A stretch of 64,000 bases of DNA. Source: Nageia nagi. Its lineage: Eukaryota; Plantae; Pinophyta. The position numbers and the translations under genes were made by a program. This document shows positions 1 through 13,679 of the stretch, piece after piece. The stretch's first letter is position 1. Every line of letters begins with the position of its first letter. The notes under the pieces were generated by a model that was given only the letters and a program-made list of their open reading frames with translations, was not told the DNA's origin and did no database searches. The stretch lies in NCBI GenBank assembly GCA_050084985.1, contig JBITNC010000001.1:184140001-184204000 (forward strand). Direction: 5' to 3'.

Positions 1-3000
1 AGAAAAGTGATACTATAGTTTGCTTCTTGGATATCCATATAATTAGTTCTAAATAAAGTGAGAAACATTATCCAAATGTCGACTTCCTATAATAAAAATT
101 GCTATCACAATCACTATCATTGAAGCCTACAAGTTTCATCTTCTCCACATGAGAATAATGGAGACCAAAATTAATGGTGCCTTTAACATATCTCTAAATT
201 TGATTTACAACCTTCATATGAAAAATGGAAAAAAAATTCATATATCCATATACCATTAAGATAAAAAAATGAATATCAGGCCTAGTATTGCAAAGAAACA
301 TGAGATTACCTATAATGCTCCTCAATTTTGTTACATTTTTTTTTGGAGCACCATATTCTTTGCCAAGTAACTCTCCATGAGCTACATGATTTACAATAAG
401 ATTATAATTATCCATACCATATTATATGAGCATATCTCTTGCATACTTGCTTTGGAAAACAAAAATCTAATCTTGACATTGGTGGACCTCCATACCAAGA
501 AAGTACCTCATAAGGTCTAGATCCTTCATATCAAACTCATGCATCAAAGCAGTTTTGAACTTGTCATTCATGATGGAATCATTTTTCATATAAATTAAAT
601 CATAAATATAAAGATAAATAAAAAAAAATATGATTACCTTCTCTCTTGTGTAGAGCATTGGCTCATTTTTTATCCTAATGAGCCCAAACCTTTGGAAGTA
701 TCCATAAATACAGGTATACCAAGCTCTTAGAGCTTTCTTGAGTCCATATAAGGCCTTCTTGAGCTTGTACACATGCTTAACTTTACCTTACACTTGAAAT
801 CCTTGATGTTGTTGCACACAAACCTCCTTATATAAGTAGCCATTCAAGAATGCACTCTTTACATCCATGTGATTTATATTCCATTACTTTTAGGATGCCA
901 ATTAAAGAAGCATTATTACTATTTCTTGTCTTGCAATTGAGGCAAAATTCTCCTCATAATCCACTCCATATTTTTATATGAACTCTTTGGAAACTAATCT
1001 AGATTTATGCCTCTCAATTGTTCCATCATTATTGTATTTAGTTTTGTATACCAACTTAGAGCTTACACATATCTTTCATTTGGGCAACTAACAAAATTCC
1101 CAAGTATCATTTGTTTCAATTGAGTGAAGCTCTTCTTGCATGGCCTTCAACCACATATGTTTAGTGCAAGCTTTTTCATAATAAGATAAATCAAAATTAG
1201 AAAAAAAAACATTTTGGGCTGCACATAGTGTATAATTAACCATCTCCCCCTTTGGGTATTCATCTATTTCCATATCATTAAATTACTTCATAAACTTTTC
1301 CATTTCATAAAATTGACTTATGGTAAGCTTTTGGTGAAAGTTTAGATCTAAAACTTGAGAAGGAGGATGGTTTTGAAAACTATTCTTACCTCTTTTTATC
1401 CACATCACTTCTTGAATCACATTAGGAGATTCTCCATTTGAAGGAGAAGTGGGAGTGGATTTGGGCTGTTGGAGGGACTTGATGGAGGACAAGAGGCACA
1501 ACTTAAAGATTTGGAGGAGAATTTGATCTCTTGGGCTACACATTCTTCAATTTTGAAGTGTTTTCATGGTTGGAAACTTCTCCTCCAATATCCACCATAC
1601 ATTTTTGTTATTGTCCATAGACTTTCCCCTCCTCAAAAATGACATCCCTTGATACAACTATTTTTTTCATTTTAGGGTTGTAAAGCCTATATGATTTACT
1701 CTCTTCATTATACCTAATGAACACATATGGTTCACTCTTTGCATCTAATTTTTTTATTCTCTTTTGGCACATGAGCATATGCCAAACAATGAAAACATCT
1801 AAAATATCAAACATTTAGCTTCTTGTCATACCAAGTTTCAAAATGGGTCTTTCCTTCAATTGTAATAGTTGAGAAACTATTTAAAATATAATTAGATTTT
1901 TTCAATGCTTTAGCCCAATACATGTTACTCAATTTTTTGGATTGCAATAATCATATCACCATCTCCATGAGAGTTCTATTTTTTTCTCTCAGCCACTCGA
2001 ATTTTTTGAGGAGTATAAGTTGTAGTATATTGCCTCTTAATACCATGATCCTTGCAAAATTTAGAAAATTCAATATTAGAGGTATACTTTCCCTCTTTAT
2101 CACTTATTACACATTTAATTTTATGATCACTCTCATTCTTAACCAAGTCCTTGAATTCCTTAAAATACCCAAATACCTCATCTTTAATTTTGAGAAAATA
2201 AACCCAACACATTCTACTAAAATCATCAATAAAAGTGAGGAAATAAGATTTCATACCAAGACTCCTTGATTGCATTGGTACACATAAATTAGTATGAACC
2301 AACTATAATGGGAATGAGGCCCTACATGCTTTCCCATGATCAAATTTCTATCTTGTTTTCTTGCCCAAAATACAAGCTTAATAAATAGATTTTTGATCTT
2401 CAATAAGAGGCAAACCATGAACAAGATCATGAGATAGCTTCAAGCTATTAAAATTCAAGTGGCCAAATATGAGATGCCACAACCAAGACATGTCATTTAC
2501 AACCATATTTACAAGAATACTACCCCCTTTATCTCCAAGATTCAATGAAAATAACTGATTAGCATTCATGTTAATAGTAGTAACATGTTTGTTCCCATAA
2601 GTCTTGTCAAACATTTCACATTTTTCATCCTCAGAAACTAACTTGTAACTATTCTCCATAATCTGACCAACATTAAGAAAACTATGAGCCATATTCAAAA
2701 TGTGATAAACATCATTCACCTTCTTCATTCCATGCTTGGTAGGTAGCACAAGCATGCCTTTACTAGCCACTTCTATTGCATAATTATTTCCAAGCTTAAT
2801 GCTTAACCTATAGGATTGATCAATTGAGGAGAGAAGCTCCTCCTTTATGATCATATAATTGGAGTAACTAGTGTCTAAAAACCAAGTTTCTTCACCTTTT
2901 GTTTCAACCATATTGGCTATCTCCTCCATGGAAAGAAAGAGAGTTTCACCATACTCTTCTTCCTCTCCATAATTGGCTACTCTTCCTTCACCAGTAGCTA

Positions 3001-3787
3001 CTTGTTTGGCTCTACACTCCCTCTCATTATGCCCATATTTGTTATAGTAAAATCATTAAGCACTACTCTTGTTAGTATTACCTCTACCTCTTCCTCTTAA
3101 GTTTAAAAAGCCTTCTCTTCCTCTTCCTATACCTCTACTTCTTTGTTAGCTTTTAGCTCTTCCTCTTCCTTACCCATTAGAGCTTGATTCACCTTTTGTA
3201 GCAAAGGATTTCTCATCCTAACTAGACTAAAATGGCTCATCATCTAACCTCTCTACATGTGACATGAGAGAGCCAATGAGAGAGTCAATCTCCATTTTAT
3301 AAAGGCATTTAGTCTCCTCCAAAATCACAACAATGTGATTCCACTTCTTAGTGAGAGATCTCAAAAGTGTCTTAATAACCACTACCTTTCCCAAGGTCTC
3401 TTTAAGCATAGAAATTTTGTTTACAATCTCCTTCACTCTAACATAGTAATTTGAAACTTTCTCAAGTCTCCATCTTGAGAGTTTCAAATTATATCCTTAG
3501 AGTTTGCAACTTCACCTCTTATACTTAGTCACTCCATTGGAATCCTTCCTATCAAAAGCTTCTTAGAGGTGAGACAAGGTGAGAAAGTTCTTTATCCTAC
3601 ATTCCTTCTTGTCCTTCTTATCATCTACTAAAAGAGTGCTCCAATATATTGGCTTTGTGTAGCCATCATCAATAATATCCCATAAATCTTTTCCTATGAG
3701 CAAAATTTGTATCTTAATGCTTCAGTACTCATAATCACTACCATCAAAATTTGGAATAGGAATATATGAGCTTGTGTTGCTGGCCAT
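1..3787 (-). pseudogene. Copia gag-pol pseudogene (copy 1)
   Basis: ORF fragments 3227-3487, 2378-2929, 1976-2302, 1608-1814, 1088-1273, 467-772 and 194-415 are collinear Copia domains broken by stops and frameshifts. A probable gag ATG is at 3787. Confidence 0.92.
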
Positions 3788-3881
3788 TTTACTTGCAAAT
3801 AAAGAAATCAAGACTCTAAAAGCAACATTTATAATTGCTAGAATCCATAGGCTTTATCAAACCCAACTAAGATCTAACAAT

Positions 3882-3893
3882 GCTCTGATACCA
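3882..3893 (-). promoter_or_regulatory. Primer-binding site complementary to tRNA-iMet
   Basis: The plus strand reads gctctgatacca (TGGTATCAGAGC on minus), 2 nt inside the LTR. Confidence 0.95.
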
Positions 3894-3895
3894 AA

Positions 3896-4432
3896 TGATA
3901 AATTCAAGAGAATTCAAATAAACAAAATTGGAGCTATAATATAAATAAAAGTATTGGAACTGAATAAGAACAAGATACATTAATGTAAAAATAAATTTAC
4001 AACATGAAGTTTAGTAATGAAGCTTCATACACTCTTCAATGGTGAGAGTTATAGTACATTGAATTAGAATAATACAAATCAAGAGTAATCAAATCTAGAC
4101 TAAGTTACAAGCATTCTAAAAACTTGTTAACTAAAGCTAACAACTTTTATGCATGTTAAACACACCAAGATGAGCTATAATATGAAAATAAAATGCATAA
4201 AAATACCAAAAAATGCCTCAAGAATGATGATTTTCAAGGTACTTTTAATCTAGGCTTAATTATAAGGCTATAGACTAGTTATCCTGGTCTAACCAGTTGG
4301 GTGAGGATTGATTGGCATAATTAGGGGCTATTTGGATGGAGATTGGTTGGCTAGATAGTATGTAAGACATTGGTTAAGTAATAAAATATGAAAATATTAA
4401 ATTTTACCTCAAAATAAGTGCTAAGTTTCCAA
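3896..4432 (-). repeat. 5' LTR of Copia copy 1 (~535 bp)
   Basis: It begins with TG next to the PBS and is homologous to 21904-22427. Its right half is homologous to 9099-9358. Confidence 0.85.
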
Positions 4433-4845
4433 ACCCTCACCACTAACCCTATCCCTACCCCTAACCAAGTTAACCCTAATTACTTTACACTAAACCAATA
4501 TAATTAATATAATTTAAGAAATTCAATACTAATCCTATATAATTAATACCTTAATTTTAATATAATTTTATAAACATTTAAGTTTATAAATATTTGAACT
4601 CAACCATGCTAATCTATGATAGGTCGAGGTCCCTCTCACTTGCATTATCAAGCTTTGTATATATTTTATAAATTGAGAAGCACTAATGTACATCAAGATA
4701 ATTATATCTAAGTGATATGATAAGTTTGATTTGATAAACTATAATAGTTTTGACCCTAACCCTAATCCTAACCCTAACCCTAACCACTAACCACTAACCA
4801 CTAACCCTAACCACTAACCTTAACCATTAATAACTAACCTTAATT
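4432..4845. repeat. Segment with degenerate (CCCTAA)n/(CCACTAA)n telomere-like repeats, duplicated at 22428-22878
   Basis: Runs such as accctaaccctaatcctaaccctaaccctaaccactaacc occur at 4754-4841, with a shorter run at 4432-4480. Confidence 0.85.
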
Positions 4846-5624
4846 TTTATTTTGTTTTTAAAATAATCACTTTCTAACATTAAATTAGATGAAAATTTGG
4901 ATCCTTTTTTTTGTTAGATTACACTAATAACTCAAAAAATTAAAAAAGTATCCACCTATCATTTTCATCAGAACTATTTCTAGGTCAAAGGGGGTTCAAA
5001 ATTGATTTTTTAATGAGAGAGCACCAAGTAAGTGTTCTACCTGATTTACCTTGAATTCTAACTAATTTAACTCAATTCTAGCTTATGTTTTTTTAATTTT
5101 TTAGCATGTTAACTAATAGGGATTTCCATTTTGTTGTAGGAGAAAATGTTTCTAGCTATTTCTTCTTAATAATTCTACATTTTCACATAGGTAAGTACAT
5201 TTTTACTTATATTTTTCAATTTCTAATGAATATACACTTAAGATGCTAGGGTTTTTCAATTTTAGAGGGTTTTCAAATGTTTACTAGAAAAAATGGGACA
5301 TCCCTATGAAATTCTCAATAATGCATAATAAAATTAATTGAATCTATCCAAATGCTAAAATGAATTTACAACCATGTGGGTGCAACATAAAACAAAAAAA
5401 TAAGAAAAGATACCTTTGGTTCTTTCTCACAACTCTAGAACTCTACTTTATTCTCCAAAACCTTGCTTCTTTTGCTCACAATTCTAAAACTCTTCTTTTG
5501 CTCTAAAACCTTTCTTCTTTTGAAGATAAAATAATAGTTCATTTCATATATTAAATCATATAAGTCATATTTTAGTAAATTATAGTTTGGGATAGCATAG
5601 CTTTGGCATTAAATTAATAAAAGT

Positions 5625-5628
<4 letters not shown>

Positions 5629-5700
<72 letters not shown>
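5629..5700. repeat. (TA)n microsatellite
   Basis: Perfect TA run. Confidence 0.99.
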
Positions 5701-5702
<2 letters not shown>

Positions 5703-8018
5703 ACCTTATGACTAAGATAAAATTTCATGAAATAAAATACAAGAAAACCTATGAATTACCAATCAAAAGGAAATAATAACATAATAATTGAAAACAAAAC
5801 ATGAATTAACTTTCAAATATGCTCCATAGACATGAATTATCACTTATGGTCAAACATGGAAATTTCTTCATGGCCCAAATTAACTTAATATATATGAATT
5901 ATCACTTAGGTGAATTCAAAACATTAAAAACATTTGAATATCTCTCTTGAGTCAAATTAGAATTGAATGATGTTGAAAGAAAGATTCATTATTAAGAATG
6001 TTTCCTCTTTTAGGTAAGTGCTTAGTACTTGATTTGATAGTTGAGATGATAAAAATATAAAGTTAGCTTAGGTAAATTAGATGTTTGATCTAAACTACAT
6101 CATGACAATGTGCTTGAAGAGCTTGGGGGTTGATCATATGAATTTGACACTTATGGTAGTATTGGAATGACCTCTTTTTTGGTACATATTGGTAAATAAT
6201 TATAGATATTGGTTTAAATATTCAATCATATGTTTTATAAAATAAGTTATTTTTTGTTGGGGCCTAAAGGCCATTAAAAGGATTTGGAATTTAATTCTAA
6301 CTAAATAAAAGGTATACCCTTTATTGAAGTGTAAACATTGTATGCCTCTAATGAATCCAGTGTTAGTTGGTGTCTTTAGTAATGCATCCTTACATCATAT
6401 AAAATAATATTAATCATAGACTTTCAAATGTTGAAGGGTTTGGTATATTCTCTAGGAAGAAGAATGATTAAGTGTGAGGTGGCTATAAATATTTTTTTAC
6501 CATATAAAATATTATTCAAGGTTAAATAATAATTATATATAACTATTTTGATAAACATTATTCTTAATTGAGTGAAAATCATATGAAATATTAGCTAAAA
6601 AGGAAAAAATGAATATAAAGTATCATAAAGCCATGTTCTCATCCAATAGTAAAATTATCTACATGGAATATTTATGATTATTGATTCTTTTTTTACATAA
6701 TAATTATTGGGATCAATGTTTATATTTGGTTGCATAAAGTTAGATATTTACCTTTAAGGTTGGCATCCTATAATTCATAATGTATAGCTTGCATATGAAA
6801 CTATAACCAAGTGTCATTAATTGCTTATACACATAATGTCATGTACATAAGAATCATATGCTGTATCAAGGTCAATGACCATTATATGGAAGGGTTATTA
6901 TTTTATAATAATTTGGCTAAGTTAACTCTTTGAATGCATTGATGGCATTCAAGACTTTTCAAATTCTTTAAGGGTTTGTCTCATGAAAGTACCCTAAAGA
7001 GATATCAACTCTTAGTTTTGTTCATTAAGAGTCATCCATAATTAACCCTAATATCATGGTTTCAATAAGGTTTCATTAAAGTCTAGGATTTGATTTTAAT
7101 CCATTCATTTTAACTTTTAAAACCTTTTTGTTTAACTCTTTTCAATATAGAATATTCCATATTATCATTTGCATATTTCTAAATGTATAACTTTTCTCCT
7201 AAGTTTTGAAATCATTATCCTAAACTAGGAAAGTATACATAAATAATAAAATTATAATGTTTCACCAAGTATGTAAGTGATAATTCATGTTTATTAAGTG
7301 AATTGGGCCATGAAGAAACTCTCCTTATACAAAAACTTTCAAATGTTCCATAGTACTAATTTCCAATCATGTATACTACTATGGAAATTTTGTTGTATTC
7401 CTAGATATTTAGGAGTCCTTGGTTGACTTATCAATTATCATGAATGGATATTTTGTTGTATTCCTAAATTTTGTTGTTTTTGTATGCATATTAAGTAGTT
7501 CATTCATTGTTGTGGATATATTTTGGTGAATCATAGTAGAATACAAATTATATAGTGGTTTTTTATTCTATAATATTAACATCAATAAACTTTTATTTAC
7601 TTTATTTTAGTGATCACCATCGAGCATGAATGGGGTCCTAAAAGAAGGGTGATAAATATCAAGATAAGATAATAAAATAAAAAATAAAGGGTGCATATAA
7701 AGAGCAAGATGACATTACAAAAAGATAAAATGCACTTGTAAGTATCCATATGTATTATGTAATATCAACATAGGATCCAATAATACTATATATATTACAT
7801 AAGTAGTGGGACATGTAACCATTTATTTATTTAATTTATTGAACAATAAAAGAGGTTAAAGGGTGTTGTAGAAATTTGTAAATGTTTGTTTACCCATTAT
7901 GAATTGATGATAATGTTTGTTGGTGGAGAGGCTGGAGGAGCAGGTGGTGTTAGCACACCATAGAGATAGGGCACTCCTTCAAATAATTATTTATAATTAG
8001 TTAATTTATTAAGAAGTA

Positions 8019-9050
8019 ATGAAAAATTATTTTAATTTTAATTTTGAATCATATTGTGATGTGATCCATGCAATATATGTATGTGCAAAGTTGGTAAATC
8101 AACAATCTAGGTTGATGACAACTCAAGGATCCAAAACTATTCAATTTTTTGTGAGGCCAAATGGAGAGGTCTTGAAAGATGAAAATGGTAATAGTTTATG
8201 TTTTAAAAATATAAATTTTCATATTGATTATAAATATATTAATTTACTAACATGTTTTCAATTATTTTTTGGGTTCACTTTTTTATAAAGCTTGCAAGAC
8301 TATTGCAGTAATAGAATTTACAGAAACACTTGATAAGCCATGGAAAAAGTATGATGATTTTTATATGTATGTTTATTTATTATTTGAATCATTTTTTGGT
8401 ATGTATGTTTGGTTTTTTTCATTAAATATTTCAAGGCACTAAAACTAATTTATTATAATTTATATATTTTGCAACAAAAAAAAGAATAATAATAAATCTG
8501 AAATATGAATTTGGTCAAGGGTTGAGCAAGAAGAAAGCGCTCCAATAGGAAGGGTAGAATATTAAAAGGGTTGGAGATCACATGAGACAAAAAGTGATGA
8601 AACTTCCATGTGACCAAATAAACTTAGCAATGAAACCAATTGACATCCATAAAAAGATATGGAATATTATCCTTGATATTTAATATTTGAACTTGATTAA
8701 TTGATTTTTTAATACAATACTAATTAATTACTTCATAAAAAGGTTTGGAATATGCTATTGAAGAAAGTGGTCGAGGTAAATAAGAGGAAAGTGGAAGGCA
8801 AAGAGACACCGTAAGAAAAAGAGGTCAAGTCTCAACTTTCCAAAATAGGATGCAATATTATGTATTAAATGAGAAGTGGGATATAGTATTTAATTTTTTA
8901 AAATAAATAGATAAATATTTTTTTAATATAGTACTAATTAAATTTTTTTTAGTTGAGAGATTTCAATTGGTTTCTTGATGAAATGAATGATAATTTGGCA
9001 TCACATATGGTTACTAGGCCCTTAGGGAAAAGATAAATGTTGGTGTAAGT
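8019..9050 (+). pseudogene. Possible intron-containing CACTA (En/Spm) TnpA-like ORF remnant
   Basis: Exon-like blocks (TIQFFVRPNGEVLKDENG; TIAVIEFTETLDKPWKK; KYEFGQGLSKKKALQ...KPIDIHKKIW) are separated by short T-rich intron-like spacers. The resemblance to TnpA is by eye only. Confidence 0.35.
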
Positions 9051-9098
9051 AATTACAATTATTTTAATTAATAAAGGCATATGAATTCATTGTAGGTG

Positions 9099-9358
9099 AT
9101 GCATAAAAATATCAAAAAATACAAAAATATTAAAAAACACATCAAGAATAATGAGTTTCGAGGCACTTTTAACTTGGACCTAACCGATAGGCTATAGAAT
9201 GGTCAACCAAGTCTAACTAATTGGGTGGGGATCAGTTGGCACATTTGGGGGTCGGTTAGATGGAGGTCGATTGGCTAGCCAGCCTAAAAGATACCTATTG
9301 AGCAATAAACATAGAAAATGTTAAATTTTGCATCAAGATAAATGTTCAGTTTCTAACA
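9099..9358 (-). repeat. Partial 3' LTR of Copia copy 2
   Basis: It ends ...ttctaaca next to the PPT and matches only ~4190-4432 and ~22200-22427 of the 5' LTRs. Confidence 0.8.
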
Positions 9359-9389
9359 TTATCCCCCTTGATGCAAGAGGGGCTCACTA

Positions 9390-11775
9390 AGCATCATATA
9401 TTAAGCCTTGAAAACTTGTTTTATGAAGATATCAACCAAATTGATCTAGGTATTACAATATTGAAGCTCAATTTGTCTCTTCTCCACCATGTCATGAATG
9501 AAATGGTACTTCAATTGAAAGTGATTTGACCTATTTTGGTTGATGAGATTATGTTCAAAATGAATGATACTCTAATTATCATAGTAAAGAAAAGTTGATC
9601 TATGTTATTTCTCACCAATCTCTTCAAGCAACTTTCTCAACCACAATGCTTGAGCATTGGCTATTGTGACAGCAATATACTCTACTTCATAAGAGGAAAG
9701 TGCTATTGCATATTGCTTCTTGGAGCTCTATGTAATCAATACTGAACAAAGTGAGAAAAATTGTGTAGATGTGAACTTCCTATCATCAAGATTACTACTC
9801 CAATCACTATCACTTAAGGCTACAAGTTTCATCTTCTCCACATGAGAATAATAGAGACCAAAATTAATGGTGTCTTTAACATATATCAGAATTCACTTTG
9901 TAGCCTTCATATAAAAAATGGAAGGATAATTCATGTATATGGATAACATTGAGTTAGCAGATTAAATATTAGGCCTAGTATTTAAAAGAAATATGAGATT
10001 ACATATAATGCTCCTAAATTTTGTTACATTTGCTTTTGGAGAACCATCTTCTTTATAAATCAAATCTCCATGAGCTACAAGATTTAAAATAGAAGCATAA
10101 TTATCCATACCATATTTTGTGAGCATGTCTCTTTCATACTTACTTTGGAAAACAAAAATATGATCTTGACATTGGTGGACCTCCTTGCCAATAAAGTATC
10201 TCATAAGACCTAGATCCTTCATATAAAACTCAAGCATCAAATTAATTTTAAACTTGTCATTCATGATTAAATCACTTTCCATATAAATTAAATCATAAAC
10301 ATAAAGAGAAATAAGTAAAATATGATAACCTTCTTACTTTATGTAGAGTGTTGGCTCATATTTGCTCCTGATGAGCCCAAACCTTTGGAAGTATCCATCA
10401 ATTTAGGTGTACCAAGCTCTTAGAGCTTGCTTGAGGCCATACAAGGCCTTTCTTAGATTGTACACAAGATTGTCTTTACCTTGCACTTGAAAGACATTAG
10501 GTTGTTACACATGAACCTCCTCATCCAAGTACCCATTCAAGAATGCACTCTTTACATCCATGTGATTTACATTCAAATGCTTTTGGGCTTCCAATGAAAG
10601 AAGCATTCTTATTGTTTCTTGTATTCCAACTAGGGCAAAAGTATTCTCATAATGCATTCCATATTTTTATGTGAACCCTTTGGTAACCACTTTGGCTTTG
10701 TGTCTCTTAATTGTTCCATCACTTTTGTATTTAGTTTTATAGAATCACTTGGAACCTACACATCTCTTTCCTTTGGGCAACTCACAAGTTCCCAAGTATC
10801 ATTTTTTTTAATTGAGTGAAGCACTTCTTACATGGCTCTCAACCATACATTTTTGGTGCAAGCTTCCTCATAACAAGATGGATCAAAATTAGAAAAATAA
10901 AATTTTGGGCTGTACATAATGCATATTTAACCATCTCTCTCTTTGGGTTTTAATCTATTTCCATATCACTAAATTGGTTGATAAACTTTTCCATTTCATG
11001 AAATTGACTTCTAGTAAGCCTTTGGTGAAAATATGGATCTAAAAATTGAGGAGGATAGTTTTGAAAATACTTCTTATCTCTTTTTGTCTTCATCACTTAT
11101 TGAATCACATTAGGATAACCTCCACTTGAAGGAGAAATGGGATTGGATTTGGAGCTATTAGAGGGATTTTATGGAGGACTTGGAGGCATAACTTGAAAAT
11201 TTGAAAAAGAATTTGATCTCTTGGGCTACAAATTCTTTAATTTTGAAGTGTTGTCATGGCTGGGTACTTCTCCTCCAATATCCAACATGCATTTTTGTTG
11301 TTATATATAAACTTTTCCCTCCTCAAAAATAACATCCATTGACATAACTATTTTTTTAATTTTGGGGTTGTAAAGCCTATATACTTTACTCTCTTCACTA
11401 TACCCAATAAACACACATGGTTCACTCTTTGCATCTAATTTTATTTGTTCTCTTTTGGCACATGAGCATATGCCAAATAATAAAAAACTCTAAAGTGTTG
11501 GACACTTGGTTTCTTTTCATACCAAGTTTCAAAAAGGGGTCTTTCCTTCAATTGTACTAGTTGAGAATCTATTTAAAATATAATTAGATGTTCTCACTGC
11601 TTTAGTCCAATATATGTTATGTAATTTTTTTGATTTCATCAAGCATATTACCATCTCCTTGAGAGTTCTATTTTTTTTCTTAGCCACTCCATTTTGTTGA
11701 AAAGTATAGGTTGTAGTAAATTACCTCTTGATACCATGCTCCTTGAAAAATGTAGTAAATTTATTAGAGGCATAT
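9390..11775 (-). pseudogene. Copia pol (INT C-terminal part, RT, RNase H) of copy 2
   Basis: ORF 9962-10282 (MKDLGLMRYFIG) and direct homology to 1-2085. RNase H-type sequence lies at 9400-9800. Confidence 0.9.
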
Positions 11776-12446
11776 TGTAGATACCTCAAATGAACCTTTA
11801 TGTATTTAATAAATCATTTTAATCACTTAATAATGTATTATTTAAAAATGGGTTTAAAATATATAAAAGAGGTGTAGGCCATATATTTGACTCTTGTGGA
11901 TTATACAAGGGGTCAAATCCTATAATAGAAGCATCCCTAATATAAGGCATTAAAGACATACAAACATAGAGGATGGGATTATCATCAAGAGGAAACTAGA
12001 CAAGGAACATATTATAGAAGACCTAAGACTTGTATCAATTGAATATCGGATAGAGAATCAAGGACTCGAACATCATTTGTAAAGCAAACCTTTGCAAGGT
12101 CTTCTTATTTGTAACAAGTGAATCTCTTATCTCAAAGATTATCATACTTTAATTATATTGATAAATTGTTCATTCATGTATCATTTCATCTTTTGTCGCA
12201 TCTTTAATTTGATCATTAACATGATACTGATGGTGTACTGTTACTAGGGCATCGATGTCATACTAGTGTGTATGATATCGCTTATGCCTTTCCATGATTA
12301 ATTAAATATGCATATTAACAAAATGAACTTGTATGCTTAATCATCTGTTGTCATAATCTTGCTTTATGTCAACTAACTAATAGAACAAATAGTTCATGTG
12401 CTAATTCCTCTAATTAATTACACTATTGCACTATTTAGGGTCTACA
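11776..12446 (+). repeat. 5' LTR of the nested element (~670 bp)
   Basis: Direct repeat of 19360-20030 with TGTAGA/TCTACA termini. Confidence 0.95.
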
Positions 12447-13679
12447 TTTGTTGAAACTGACATTCTTACACACCTAGGTCTTCATCTAGGGCAAAATTCT
12501 TTTGTAAATTCATGAATCCATTTTTTGCTACTTTTTCTCTCCATAGAGGAAGTGCTCCAAATAATAGCCAAAGAGCAAGATAAAACTAGGGCTTATTTTG
12601 CTTATATCCCAAAGATGGATCTTAACATAGATAACCCTATAATATCCAAATCCAAAGTATAATTTTTGGATGGTAGGAGAAGTCTTTGAATTAATCCTGC
12701 ATTATCTATTCAAATCCCTCCTCCTAGGACCATATGGGATTATAAATATTTAAATTCTAGTAAATGAATGTCCATTATTGGAGATACCCTTAATCTATAT
12801 GCTATTCTTGATCCTAACAACTTGGATAATTTGGCTCCTTATCTAGAACCTTTTGATGATGATGAACTTTCTGATCTTGATAGGATTCCTTATAATGATT
12901 GGTCCATTCAATAGGTATTATTTGATAAGGAAAGGCTACAATGTTTTGTTTGTAATAATGCTCCTATTGTGGTGAAACTTCTTATAGATGCCAATTTACT
13001 TGATAACTAGTTGGAAACTATAGAATTTGAAGATAGCTTATTCTATTATGAGCAATCATCAAAACATCTCTAGCCTATACATGAAATGTATGATGTGGGT
13101 GACATGATCAACTATCACCATGACATAGGCTGCATAGATCCTAATGGAGCAGAGTATGAATAGAAGCTTGATGCTAAGTTAGAATAGCCACTATATGAAG
13201 ATGATGTTTTTGACAATGATGACCAATCAAAACCTGAAGATGAGGATGATGAATCTTATAGAAATTTGATCCTTAATCCATATTACTTCAATCGAGAGAA
13301 GAAAGGTAAGGGTCAAGTTATTTTACCTTATGATAAAAGTAAAACTCTCATTAAGTAGCAACTTACTAAAGTTATTAGAGAAGCCTTTAATTTATGACCA
13401 ACTTGGACTCTCGAGGAGCATGAGATGAAAGTAGGTATCATTATGGATATCCAAGAAAATACTGATTGGTATAAACAACCTCCATATGAATAATTGGAAA
13501 TCGTAATAGGGGTAGTGCATGAAATTGATTAGGATAGGGTTAATCATACTAATGAGTTTGTTATTTTGAAACATATTCCACTTCAAACATTAAATAATGC
13601 ACAACAACCTCCTCCTTCCTAACCACCATCACCAAAGACCAATGTAGGGTTTAACAACATTATGAGTAGTGAGGATGAT

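Larger units (their letters stand above)
1..4432 (-). mobile_element. Ty1/Copia LTR retrotransposon copy 1, degenerate; its 3' end runs off the window
   Basis: On the minus strand the order is 5' LTR (3896-4432), PBS, gag, PR (TWFLDTS), GAG-pre-integrase (WLWHLIFGHLNF), INT (FLTFIDDFSRMCWVYFLK), RT (YKLKKALYGLK), RNase H. INT before RT is the Copia order. Confidence 0.95.

Noticed and set aside
1922-2269. Plus-strand ORF here, and similar ones at 26987-27181 and 43532-43723
   Set aside because: They are antisense shadows of retrotransposon sequence.
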